Assembly: GCA_030606485.1 (NCBI GenBank)
Contig: JAUWGH010000008.1
Coordinates: forward strand, 184,259 to 216,258
From: Promethearchaeota archaeon
GTDB lineage: Archaea > Asgardarchaeota > Lokiarchaeia > Sigyniarchaeales > SOKP01
Length of the DNA stretch: 32,000 bases
Reading direction: 5' to 3'
Both the position numbers and the translations under genes were made by a program. Of this stretch, positions 1 through 8,528 are shown one piece after another (the stretch's first letter is position 1; every line of letters begins with the position of its first letter). Below the pieces are notes generated by a model. It ran no database searches. It had not been told where the DNA came from and saw only the letters and a list, made by a program, of their open reading frames with translations.

Positions 1-987
1 CAAGATAGATTACCTGTAGTCCAAAAGATGATTTTAGCTAGAAACCAAGAAGATAGACAAGATGCATTAAATAAATTACTTCCAATGCAAAGATCTGATT
101 TCTATGAAATTTTTAAAGTTATGGAAGGAAAACCTGTTACGATAAGATTACTTGATCCACCATTACATGAATTTCTTCCTGATTTAAATGAAATTCTACT
201 AGAAAATATGACTTTTAAGATTACAAATAATTTAACACGTCAATTACTCAACCTCACTCCATTAGATGAGGAAATTACAGAAAGAAATAAAATGGTCTCC
301 TTAATTCGTTCAATTTCTGAATCAAATCCAATGATGGGTTTGAGAGGTTGTCGTTTAGGAATTACTTGGCCAGAAATTAATGAAATGCAAGTTAAAGCAA
401 TATTTCAAGCGGCATGCCAATTAAAAAAAGAAGGGATTGATGTTAAACCTGAAATCATGATTCCGTTAGTAGGAGTTGTAGAAGAGTTGCTTGAGGTTAA
501 AACTCAGCTTCAAAAAGTGGCTGAAGAAATTTTAAAGGAAAATAAAAGTGATCTTAAATATAAATTTGGAACAATGATTGAGGTTCCTCGTGCTGCATTA
601 GTTGCCGGAGAGATTGCAAAACATTGTGAATTTTTTTCGTTTGGCACCAATGATTTGACACAAATGACGTTTGGCTATTCTCGTGATGATGCCGAAGGAA
701 AATTCATACCGGTCTATTTAAGCAAGGGAATACTAAAAAAGAATCCATTTGAAGTATTAGATAAAGATGGTGTAGGTAAATTGTTAAAAATGGCAGTAAA
801 AGATGGGAAAACAATAAATCCTGATTTAGAATGCGGAATCTGTGGAGAACATGGTGGAGAACCATCATCTATCGAATTCTTTCACGAAATTGGGTTAGAT
901 TATGTCTCTTGTTCGCCTTATAGAATTCCTATTGCACGTGTTGCAGCAGCACAAGCACAATTAAAATTTCGAATGAAAAAATCTTAG
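1..987 (+). CDS. ppdK: Pyruvate phosphate dikinase, C-terminal part (5' end outside window)
   Basis: Frame is open from base 1 ([13 protein letters not shown]...). PPDK motifs [70 protein letters not shown]. Confidence 0.97.
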   Translation, partial: QDRLPVVQKMILARNQEDRQDALNKLLPMQRSDFYEIFKVMEGKPVTIRLLDPPLHEFLPDLNEILLENMTFKITNNLTRQLLNLTPLDEEITERNKMVSLIRSISESNPMMGLRGCRLGITWPEINEMQVKAIFQAACQLKKEGIDVKPEIMIPLVGVVEELLEVKTQLQKVAEEILKENKSDLKYKFGTMIEVPRAALVAGEIAKHCEFFSFGTNDLTQMTFGYSRDDAEGKFIPVYLSKGILKKNPFEVLDKDGVGKLLKMAVKDGKTINPDLECGICGEHGGEPSSIEFFHEIGLDYVSCSPYRIPIARVAAAQAQLKFRMKKS

Positions 988-1044
988 AAAATTTTCATTT
1001 TTCCTTTTAAATATCCAATTTCTATTGAAACCAGTGAAACTTTT

Positions 1045-1665
1045 TTGATTGATATCCTATTAATTGGAGATACTCACATTCCTAAAAGAGCTATGGGTTT
1101 ATCTCCATTATTAATAAACGAACTTAACACCTTATCTGCGAAAAAACTTTTTGATTTTGTAATCTTTACTGGAGATGTAGTTAAATCACCAGAAACTATA
1201 AGATTTTTTAAAAATCTAGCCAAAAAAAAATTCTTGATAGTTCAAGGCAACATGGACTATTATTATGGAAATATTGAAGCTCCTTTATATGATTCTTTAT
1301 CTATTACATTAAAAAACGACTCTTATTTAAACATAGGAATAACACATGGAGCAGAAATTCATCCGCGCGGAGATAAGGATGAATTGATAAATATTGCTAA
1401 AGAAAATAACGTTAACCTTCTAATTTTTGCACATACACATCTTGCAGAAATCTTTCTTTCTTCAGATGGTATTCTATTACTTAATCCTGGGAGCTTTACG
1501 GGTGCTTGGAGTTTCGTAGCGTCTAGAACTCCATCCTTTATAATTATTAAAGTAGATATTGAAGAAAGTGAAATTAAGGTTATTCTATATAAACTAAAAA
1601 ATGATCGAATAATTAAGACGATTGAGAGTTTTTATTTTAAAAATCAACAATTTTTAAAATCTTAA
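1045..1665 (+). CDS. Vps29-like metallophosphoesterase (MJ0936/YfcE/Vps29 family)
   Basis: Motifs GDTHIPKR, FTGD, GNMD, THG..IHPRGD, AHTH and NPGSFTGA..PSF line up by eye with eukaryotic Vps29 (GDLHIPHR, HGHQVIPWGD, GHTH, NPGSATGA..PSF). TTG start. Confidence 0.85.
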   Translation: MIDILLIGDTHIPKRAMGLSPLLINELNTLSAKKLFDFVIFTGDVVKSPETIRFFKNLAKKKFLIVQGNMDYYYGNIEAPLYDSLSITLKNDSYLNIGITHGAEIHPRGDKDELINIAKENNVNLLIFAHTHLAEIFLSSDGILLLNPGSFTGAWSFVASRTPSFIIIKVDIEESEIKVILYKLKNDRIIKTIESFYFKNQQFLKS

Positions 1666-1711
1666 ATATTTATCAGTTTTTTTGACAGAATTGATGATAA
1701 AGGAAAAAAAA

Positions 1712-2128
1712 TCATTTTTCTGCAGGGATTTTATCTAAAACTAATATTTTCGAAATTTTTAGTAATTTTCCAAGATTTCTGCCACCTTTCTTAATTCTTA
1801 GCTTCCGTTTACCGAATCTATTTTTTTTAATCACCATATGCACAGTTGAATTAGTCCCATTTGAAAAATACAGTAAATCTCCAGGATCTGACATTAATTC
1901 TAAGTCAAAATTTTCTAATCTACCTCTATCTATTTTATAATTTCCGTCTTTTGCAGTTAAATTTAACCAAAAATAATAATCTTCCTCAACTTGAAGCCCT
2001 AAATTAACAACTCCCTCAAAAGAATTAAGTAATTTAAAATTTTTCGGATTTTTTCTTTTATCTTCTATTATTGCGTTGATAACTCCACTAAATGTTATAA
2101 ATAAATTATCTTTATCAGATTCTTCCAT
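1712..2128 (-). CDS. SCP2/sterol-carrier-like lipid-binding domain protein
   Basis: 138 aa with an SCP2-like pattern (helix, VNLGL..WLNLTAKDGNYKIDRG..DLELMSD...KLRIKKG..LLKI). Family assigned by pattern recognition only. Confidence 0.6.
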   Translation of the reverse strand: MEESDKDNLFITFSGVINAIIEDKRKNPKNFKLLNSFEGVVNLGLQVEEDYYFWLNLTAKDGNYKIDRGRLENFDLELMSDPGDLLYFSNGTNSTVHMVIKKNRFGKRKLRIKKGGRNLGKLLKISKILVLDKIPAEK

Positions 2129-2266
2129 TTTTTTTTTACCTTAAATTTCTACATATCTTAGATTTTTCTAATTTTAATATAAAATCTATTAATCCTTAAT
2201 TATCATAAATAATTAAATATTATTTGTTTTAAAATTAAATAAAATAAATTAAGAGGTAAAATAAAA

Positions 2267-3466
2267 ATGTGGTATTTTTTCAGTCCAAATATTGTCTACG
2301 GAGAAGACGCTCTTGATTTCTTAGAAAAAATTCCTGGAAACAAATGTTTTATTGTAACTGATGAAGGTCTTATTAAGCTAGGATATTTAGATATATTAAC
2401 TGAAAAACTAACAAAATTTGGAAAGGAATTTAAAGTATTTAGCGAAGTAGAATCAGATCCTCATGAAGAAACTGTTTTAAAAGCGAGAGAACATTGTATC
2501 TTTTACAAACCAGACATCATAATTGGATTTGGAGGTGGTTCTCCAATAGATACTGCCAAAGCAGTTAGAGCTTTATATGAATTTCCAAATATGGTTGTTG
2601 ATGATCTACATCCATTTAACGATGAGTTATTTAAATTAGGTCAAAAAACAAAAATGGTTGCAATTCCGACAACTAGTGGAACTGGTGCAGAAACTACATG
2701 GTCTGTGATTATTAATCGTTTTGAAGATAACTATTGGAGAAAATTGGAACAAGCTCATAAGGCATTTATTCCTGATATCGCTATTGTAGATCCAATATTT
2801 ACGGTTGGAATGCCCCCAAAATTAACGGCAGGAACTGGTTTAGACGCAGTTGCTCATTCAATTGAAGGATTATTTTCTGTATGGCGCAATGATTTCAGTG
2901 ACGCAATGAGTTATAAAGCATTAGAACTTATTTTTGAATATCTTCCTAAAGCATATAAAAATCCAAATGATATGGAAGCAAGAGATAAAATGCATCAAGC
3001 AGCTACTATGGCAGGCTTAGCTTTTGGAAATTCGCAAGCCAATCTAGGTCATAGCATGGGTCATGCATTGGGAGCAGTATATCATACTCATCATGGCTTA
3101 GCGGTTGGACTATTCTTGCCTTATAATATGCAATATTGTATAAATAACCCAGATGAAAATGATAAAACAGTTGCAATCTTGGCAAAAAATGCTAAATTAT
3201 TGAACTTTGCAAAATGGGATACCAATGATAAAGAAGCTGCAAAGATTCTTGTCAAGAAAGTTAAGGAATTACAGAAATTAGTTGATTTTCCTCAATCTTT
3301 AAAAGAGTTAGATATTCCAAAAGAAGATTTAGATAAAAACTTAGATCATCTTGTAAGTTTGTGCTTTCAATCAAGTAGTTCTGTGATGTCTCCTAGATCA
3401 GCGGATGGAGAAGCATTTCGAAAATTATTTACATATGCCTATGAAGGCAAAGATATTGATTTTTAA
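2267..3466 (+). CDS. Iron-containing alcohol dehydrogenase
   Basis: GGGSPIDTAK, IPTTSGTGAE, DAVAHSIE and HSMGH...HG motifs. RBS GAGGT upstream. Confidence 0.95.
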   Translation: MWYFFSPNIVYGEDALDFLEKIPGNKCFIVTDEGLIKLGYLDILTEKLTKFGKEFKVFSEVESDPHEETVLKAREHCIFYKPDIIIGFGGGSPIDTAKAVRALYEFPNMVVDDLHPFNDELFKLGQKTKMVAIPTTSGTGAETTWSVIINRFEDNYWRKLEQAHKAFIPDIAIVDPIFTVGMPPKLTAGTGLDAVAHSIEGLFSVWRNDFSDAMSYKALELIFEYLPKAYKNPNDMEARDKMHQAATMAGLAFGNSQANLGHSMGHALGAVYHTHHGLAVGLFLPYNMQYCINNPDENDKTVAILAKNAKLLNFAKWDTNDKEAAKILVKKVKELQKLVDFPQSLKELDIPKEDLDKNLDHLVSLCFQSSSSVMSPRSADGEAFRKLFTYAYEGKDIDF

Positions 3467-3488
3467 TTAAATATTTGGGTGTATTAAA

Positions 3489-5318
3489 ATAAAAGGATTT
3501 AGAGGTAAATTATTAAAGGTTAATCTTACAACAAAAGAAATTACTACTGAACCACTAAATGAAGAAATTGCGAAGAATTTCTTAGGGGGTTCTGGCTATG
3601 CATGTCGTTATTTATATGATTTAGTTGATAAGGAAACAGATCCACTTTCAGCTGAAAGCGTTTTGATGATAATGACAGGGCCTCTTTTGGGGACATTCGC
3701 CCCTAATACTGGAAGATGGGTAATTTGTGCGAAATCACCTTATACAGGAATTTGGGGTGAAGCAAATTGCGGTAGCTATTTCGGTGCTGAGGTTAAAAAA
3801 GCGGGATATGATGGCTTAATAATTACAGGTGCTTCAGATAAGCCTATATATCTTGAAATTAATGATGACAAGGTGGAAATAAAAGATGCGGATTTTTTAT
3901 GGGGAAAGGGTACATATGAGACAACTGAGAAACTCAAAGAAATTTTTGGAGATAAAAAAGCCTATGTTGCATGTATTGGACAAGCCGGTGAAAATCTTGT
4001 AAAATTTGCTAATGTAATATCCGAAGAAAGAGCAGCAGGAAGAACAGGAATGGGCACCATAATGGGTTCCAAGAAATTGAAAGCAATTATTGTCAAAGGA
4101 AGTAACACTAAAGTTGATGTTGCAAATCCTGATAAATTAAAAGAATCAATAAATATTACGAAAGAAAGTGTAAAAAATGCATTTTTATCAACTTTGTTGT
4201 ATGATTTAGGAACATCCAGTAATGTAGATATGTATAATGCACAAGGTGAATTACCAATTAAATATTGGACTCAATCGAATTGGGATGGTGCATACAACAT
4301 ATCTGGATCAACCATGGCTGAAAAGATGTTAGTAGGTCAAAGATTTTGTCATTCTTGTGTTATTGGCTGTGGAAGAAAAATTGCTATTAAAGAAGGGAAA
4401 TATCAAACAGAGGAATGTGAAGGTCCTGAGTATGAAACAATTGCCGGATATGGATCAATGCTTTTAAATGATAACTTAGAGTCAATTGCTCATTTAAATA
4501 AAAAATGCAATGATTATGGGATTGATACTATTAGTTCGAGTAGTGTGATTGCTTGTATATTTTATCATTATGATCTTGGTAATATTAAAGAAGAAGATCT
4601 TGACAGGTTAAAACCAGAATGGGGAAATATTGATGTTGGTGAAGAATTGCTGGATAAAATAGTATATAGGCAAGGAATTGGTGATCTTTTAGCTGATGGT
4701 TCAGATGCAATTGCAAAAAAATTTAATATTTCACAAGATGAAATCGCTACAGTTAATGGATTAGAAGTAACATACCATGACCTTCGTACTTGTTATGGAA
4801 TGGCAATAGCATATGGAATTGGACCAAGAGGTCCTTCCCACAATGCATGCGACACCTATATGGTTTTATTGGGCCTTCCATTTCAAGAAATTGGCATTCA
4901 AAATATTGACAAATTCTTGGATAATAAAGAAATGGCTGAAGTATGTGCTTTAAATCAAGATTATCGCGCACTCTATAGTTCAATGATAATGTGCTCTTTT
5001 TCCAATCCACTACCATCTCAAAACGCTGCTTTAATTGAAAATACAACCGGATTAACATTTGGAATTAAAGAAGTCAAATTATATGGTGAAAGAATTCTCA
5101 ATATGAAAAGAATGTTCAATATTAAAATGGGATTAACATCAGCAGATGATAGATTGCCGGATATTTTACTGAGACCATTTGATGACGGCGGTGCAGCAGG
5201 TAGAACACCAAATTTTGAACAATTGAAGAAATTATTTTATGAGTATCGAGACTGGGATCCTAATACGGGAAAACCCAACGAATCTAAACTAAAATCATTA
5301 GACTTGGATAAATTGTAA
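3489..5318 (+). CDS. aor: Aldehyde:ferredoxin oxidoreductase (W/Mo-pterin AOR family); true start lies upstream of the ORF-track start
   Basis: AAGRTGMG..MGSKKLKAI, CHSCVIGC, EGPEYET and DTIS motifs. The canonical N-terminus (KGFRGKLLKVNLT...FLGGSG) is in frame from 3489, but that stretch has no ATG/GTG/TTG. ATA at 3489 lies 7 nt after GGTG. Confidence 0.9.
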   Translation: MKGFRGKLLKVNLTTKEITTEPLNEEIAKNFLGGSGYACRYLYDLVDKETDPLSAESVLMIMTGPLLGTFAPNTGRWVICAKSPYTGIWGEANCGSYFGAEVKKAGYDGLIITGASDKPIYLEINDDKVEIKDADFLWGKGTYETTEKLKEIFGDKKAYVACIGQAGENLVKFANVISEERAAGRTGMGTIMGSKKLKAIIVKGSNTKVDVANPDKLKESINITKESVKNAFLSTLLYDLGTSSNVDMYNAQGELPIKYWTQSNWDGAYNISGSTMAEKMLVGQRFCHSCVIGCGRKIAIKEGKYQTEECEGPEYETIAGYGSMLLNDNLESIAHLNKKCNDYGIDTISSSSVIACIFYHYDLGNIKEEDLDRLKPEWGNIDVGEELLDKIVYRQGIGDLLADGSDAIAKKFNISQDEIATVNGLEVTYHDLRTCYGMAIAYGIGPRGPSHNACDTYMVLLGLPFQEIGIQNIDKFLDNKEMAEVCALNQDYRALYSSMIMCSFSNPLPSQNAALIENTTGLTFGIKEVKLYGERILNMKRMFNIKMGLTSADDRLPDILLRPFDDGGAAGRTPNFEQLKKLFYEYRDWDPNTGKPNESKLKSLDLDKL

Positions 5319-5334
5319 TTTATAAAAAATTATA

Positions 5335-5348
5335 TTTTTTTTCTTTTT
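5335..5348 (+). terminator. Oligo-T archaeal terminator after adh-aor
   Basis: TTTTTTTTCTTTTT directly downstream of the aor stop. Confidence 0.5.
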
Positions 5349-5445
5349 CTCTTGAAAATAAGGTAATTAATTCAGAATTTATTAAGTGATTTTGAGAAGA
5401 TTACAATCGAAAATATTTTAAAATGGAAGTTAAAAATACTTGAAA

Positions 5446-5613
5446 TTACTCCTTATTTTGAATTTCTCGATATTCCTTAGTTATCAAAAATCTAATAATT
5501 TCAGTGTTATTTTTTATTCCATGATACACTTTAATGTCTTCTAACTTATGAAATATTTCCGTTTCGATTGGAACATGCAATTCTTTATTTTTCTCAGGCA
5601 CAATTAGGTACAT
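5446..5613 (-). CDS. Small (55 aa) ribbon-helix-helix/CopG-like DNA-binding protein, copy 1 (not in ORF track)
   Basis: Hand translation: MYLIVPEKNKELHVPIETEIFHKLEDIKVYHGIKNNTEIIRFLITKEYREIQNKE*. Beta-strand then helix-turn-helix pattern typical of RHH. The frame is preserved in the second copy. Confidence 0.75.
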   Translation of the reverse strand: MYLIVPEKNKELHVPIETEIFHKLEDIKVYHGIKNNTEIIRFLITKEYREIQNKE

Positions 5614-5717
5614 TTTACTAATATTATTTAATAATTTTTTTGATTATCCATATAAAATCCACAAATAGGAAACCAAATTAATAACCTTATATATAAAAAT
5701 TATTGATCATCCACTTA

Positions 5718-5736
5718 TTATCCAAAAATTGGATTA
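5718..5736. promoter_or_regulatory. Palindromic operator candidate TTATCCAA-N3-TTGGAT(T)A, copy 1
   Basis: Inverted repeat in the divergent promoter region, conserved in copy 2 although flanking DNA has diverged. Confidence 0.6.
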
Positions 5737-5821
5737 AAATTGGATATCTTTATAAATTAATTTCTGGTTTATTAAAATATAATCCTAAAAATCAAAAAAA
5801 ATTCATAGTTTCCGTTGAAAA

Positions 5822-6778
5822 ATGTATGAAATCATATTTGCTATTATAATTCTTATTGTAGGAATGTTTCTTATATTCTTTTCCAGTAATATAGCTGTCA
5901 AGCATTCTGCCATACTCGCATCCGCTCTAGGTATATCTCCCTTAATAATCGGTATTTCATTGGTGTCAATAGGCACTGATCTTCCTGAAATATTTAATTC
6001 AATTATTTCTAGTTCTTTAGGACATGCAGATATTAATGTAGGTGATTCTGTAGGTTCAATTTTAACTCAGATCACTTTGGTTTTTGGGCTTCTACCTATA
6101 ATTTGCGGTTCATTTAAGATTGATAGAAAGGAAATTATTATCTTGGGTGCTTGCCAAATTTTAGCGCTTATAGTGATTTATGCTATTCTTGAAAAAGGAT
6201 ATTTCACTTACCTTAATGCTATTATTTTGGTTGGAAGTTTGGTGATTTATTTAATAATAATAAGTAGTGTTACTAAGGAAAGCATTTTGGAGCGGGTAGA
6301 TTTGATAGAAAAAACAAGCACTCCTAAGAGTAAACCATTTCATATTTTAATAGCCTTTTTAGGTTTTATAGGAGTAGCTATTGGTGCATATTGCATTGTT
6401 CAATCAATAATAACACTCTCAAGTTTATTTCATGTTCATGAATATATCATCAGTTTTTTTATAGCTAGCATAGGAACTTCTCTCCCAGAATTAGCGGTCG
6501 ATGTAAATGCTATTCGTCAGAAACATTATAAAATCGCAATTGGAGATATAGTTGGTAGTTGTATAGTTGATGCAACACTCTCCATAGGCATAGGACAAGT
6601 ATTTTTTCCACAAGCAATTTCCGCCGAACTCGCAGTTCCGACAGTTCTATATACTATTTTTGCATCTTTTATAGTTTTTATTATTGTTGCAGTTAAAAAA
6701 AAAATGGATAAAAAAGCTGGAATTGCTTTCATCATACTCTATTTAGTTTCATATTTATTATTATTCATTTTAATCTAA
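5822..6778 (+). CDS. Ca2+/cation antiporter (CaCA, Na+/Ca2+ exchanger-like), copy 1
   Basis: Two alpha repeats (GTDLPE...GDSVGS and GTSLPE...GDIVGS) and about 10 hydrophobic segments. Confidence 0.92.
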   Translation: MYEIIFAIIILIVGMFLIFFSSNIAVKHSAILASALGISPLIIGISLVSIGTDLPEIFNSIISSSLGHADINVGDSVGSILTQITLVFGLLPIICGSFKIDRKEIIILGACQILALIVIYAILEKGYFTYLNAIILVGSLVIYLIIISSVTKESILERVDLIEKTSTPKSKPFHILIAFLGFIGVAIGAYCIVQSIITLSSLFHVHEYIISFFIASIGTSLPELAVDVNAIRQKHYKIAIGDIVGSCIVDATLSIGIGQVFFPQAISAELAVPTVLYTIFASFIVFIIVAVKKKMDKKAGIAFIILYLVSYLLLFILI

Positions 6779-6780
6779 AT

Positions 6781-6906
6781 TTAACCTTCGTACGTTTTCA
6801 AACCAGGTATTTCCTCTCTTTCCACTCTCTTCATGCTAATAGCATCATTTGGGCAAGTGACAGCACATAACCAATATCCTATACATTTTTTTGGATTAAT
6901 ATCAAA
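6781..6906 (-). pseudogene. C-terminal remnant of a 4Fe-4S ferredoxin-domain protein
   Basis: Hand translation FDINPKKCIGYWLCAVTCPNDAISMKRVEREEIPGLKTYEG*: a CxxCxxCxxxCP motif with the second Cys changed to Tyr. No start codon upstream in frame. Confidence 0.7.
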
Positions 6907-7103
6907 ATTTAAAGACTTGGGCTTAGATAAATTATAGTTAATAAAAATAATCTTTTTATCTCTAAAAACAGATTAATTCCTAAATTTTATCTATTAAAAT
7001 ATTTTTCATTAAAATTTGCAAGCAATATAAAAGTAATCGTTATTAGATTAAAAATTTGAAAAATAAGAAAAACCACCAAAAAAGAAATTGAAAATACCTG
7101 AAA

Positions 7104-7271
7104 TCACTCGGATGTTTTAATTTCTCGATATTCCTTAGTTATCAAAAATCTAATAATTTCAGTATTATTTTTTATTCCATGATACTGTTTAATGTCTTCT
7201 AACTTATGAAATATTTCCTTTTCGATTGGAACATGCAATTCTTTATTTTTCTCAGGCACCATTAGGTACAT
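7104..7271 (-). CDS. Small (55 aa) RHH/CopG-like protein, copy 2 (not in ORF track)
   Basis: MYLMVPEKNKELHVPIEKEIFHKLEDIKQYHGIKNNTEIIRFLITKEYREIKTSE*. Same length as copy 1 but with a different stop codon (TGA vs TAA). Confidence 0.75.
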   Translation of the reverse strand: MYLMVPEKNKELHVPIEKEIFHKLEDIKQYHGIKNNTEIIRFLITKEYREIKTSE

Positions 7272-7375
7272 TTTACTAATATTATTTAATAATTTTTTTG
7301 ATTATCCAAATAAAATCCACAAATTAGACATTAAATTGATAACTTTAAATAAAAAAGTTTTTGAATACTCATTTT

Positions 7376-7394
7376 TTATCCAATAATTGGATAA
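7376..7394. promoter_or_regulatory. Palindromic operator candidate TTATCCAA-TAA-TTGGATAA, copy 2
   Basis: Perfect 8-bp inverted repeat at the same position relative to the antiporter start as in copy 1. Confidence 0.6.
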
Positions 7395-7479
7395 GAATAA
7401 GATAACTTTATAAATTGACTTAAAGTTTATTTATATATAATCCACAAATTGAAAAAAAATTCAAACCTTCTGCTGAAAA

Positions 7480-8442
7480 ATGTATGAAATCATATTTGCG
7501 ATTATAATTCTTATTATAGGAATATTTCTTATAGCATTTTCCAGTAAAATCGCTGTAAAACATTCAGCAATCCTCGCAACAGCTCTTGGTGTATCACCTT
7601 TAATAATCGGGCTCTCATTGGTATCAATAGGAACTGATCTTCCAGAAATTTTTAACTCAATTATCTCATGTTCTTTAGGGCACGGAGATATTGATGTGGG
7701 GGATTCTGTAGGTTCAGATTTAACTCAATTAACTTTAGTTTTTGGACTTCTGCCCATAATTTGCGGCTCATTTAAGATTGATAGAAGGGAAATCATTGTA
7801 TTAGGTGGATGTGAGATTTTATCGCTTATAGTAATTTATGCCATTGTTGAAAAAGGATATTTTACTCGACTTAATGCACTCATTATGGTTGGGAGTTTGG
7901 TGATATATTTAATAATAATAAGTAGAGTTACTAAGGAAAGTATTTTAGAGCGGGTAGATTTGATGGAAGAAATTGAAACTACTAAAAGCAAACCATTTCA
8001 TATTATGATTGCCTCTTTAGGTTTCATAGGCGTAGCTATTGGCGCATATGCAATCGTTCAATCAATAATAACACTCTCAAGTGTACTTGATGTTCATGAA
8101 TATATCATCAGTTTCTTTATAGCTAGCCTCGGTACTTCTCTCCCAGAATTAGTAGTCGATATAAATGCTATTCGTAATAAACATTATAAGATCGCAATCG
8201 GAGATGTTGTTGGTAGTTGCATAGTTGATTCAACACTCTCCATAGGAATAGGACAAGTACTTTTTCCACAAGCAGTTTCTGCCGAAATCGCAATTCCTAC
8301 AATTCTTTATACTCTTTTAATATCTTTAATTGTTTTTGTCATGGTTGCAGTAAGAAAAAAAATGGATAAAAAAGCTGGTATTATCTTCATTTCCCTATAT
8401 TTAGCTTCATACATATTTCTCTTTTTTATGATTTGGGTTTGA
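7480..8442 (+). CDS. Ca2+/cation antiporter (CaCA), copy 2
   Basis: Collinear paralog of 5822..6778 with the same alpha-repeat motifs. Confidence 0.92.
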   Translation: MYEIIFAIIILIIGIFLIAFSSKIAVKHSAILATALGVSPLIIGLSLVSIGTDLPEIFNSIISCSLGHGDIDVGDSVGSDLTQLTLVFGLLPIICGSFKIDRREIIVLGGCEILSLIVIYAIVEKGYFTRLNALIMVGSLVIYLIIISRVTKESILERVDLMEEIETTKSKPFHIMIASLGFIGVAIGAYAIVQSIITLSSVLDVHEYIISFFIASLGTSLPELVVDINAIRNKHYKIAIGDVVGSCIVDSTLSIGIGQVLFPQAVSAEIAIPTILYTLLISLIVFVMVAVRKKMDKKAGIIFISLYLASYIFLFFMIWV

Positions 8443-8528
8443 GGTTTCAGAATTTTATTCGTATTTTTACATCTCTAAATCAGGTATATCATAAGTTTAA
8501 TTAATCATTAATAAATATAAAGTTTTAA

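Larger units (their letters stand above)
5433..8433. repeat. Tandem direct duplication of a ~1.35 kb cassette (about 5433-6775 and 7091-8433), offset 1658 bp
   Basis: The small-gene starts (5613/7271), palindromes (5718/7376) and antiporter starts (5822/7480) are each exactly 1658 bp apart. Confidence 0.95.

Noticed and set aside
4753-5058. 101-aa minus-strand ORF
   Set aside because: Antisense shadow of aor; no motif.
6526-6735. 69-aa minus-strand ORF
   Set aside because: Antisense shadow of the CaCA gene.
8450-8500. Second ferredoxin remnant after CaCA copy 2 (IPDLEM)
   Set aside because: Only a few residues resemble the first remnant; too short to support.
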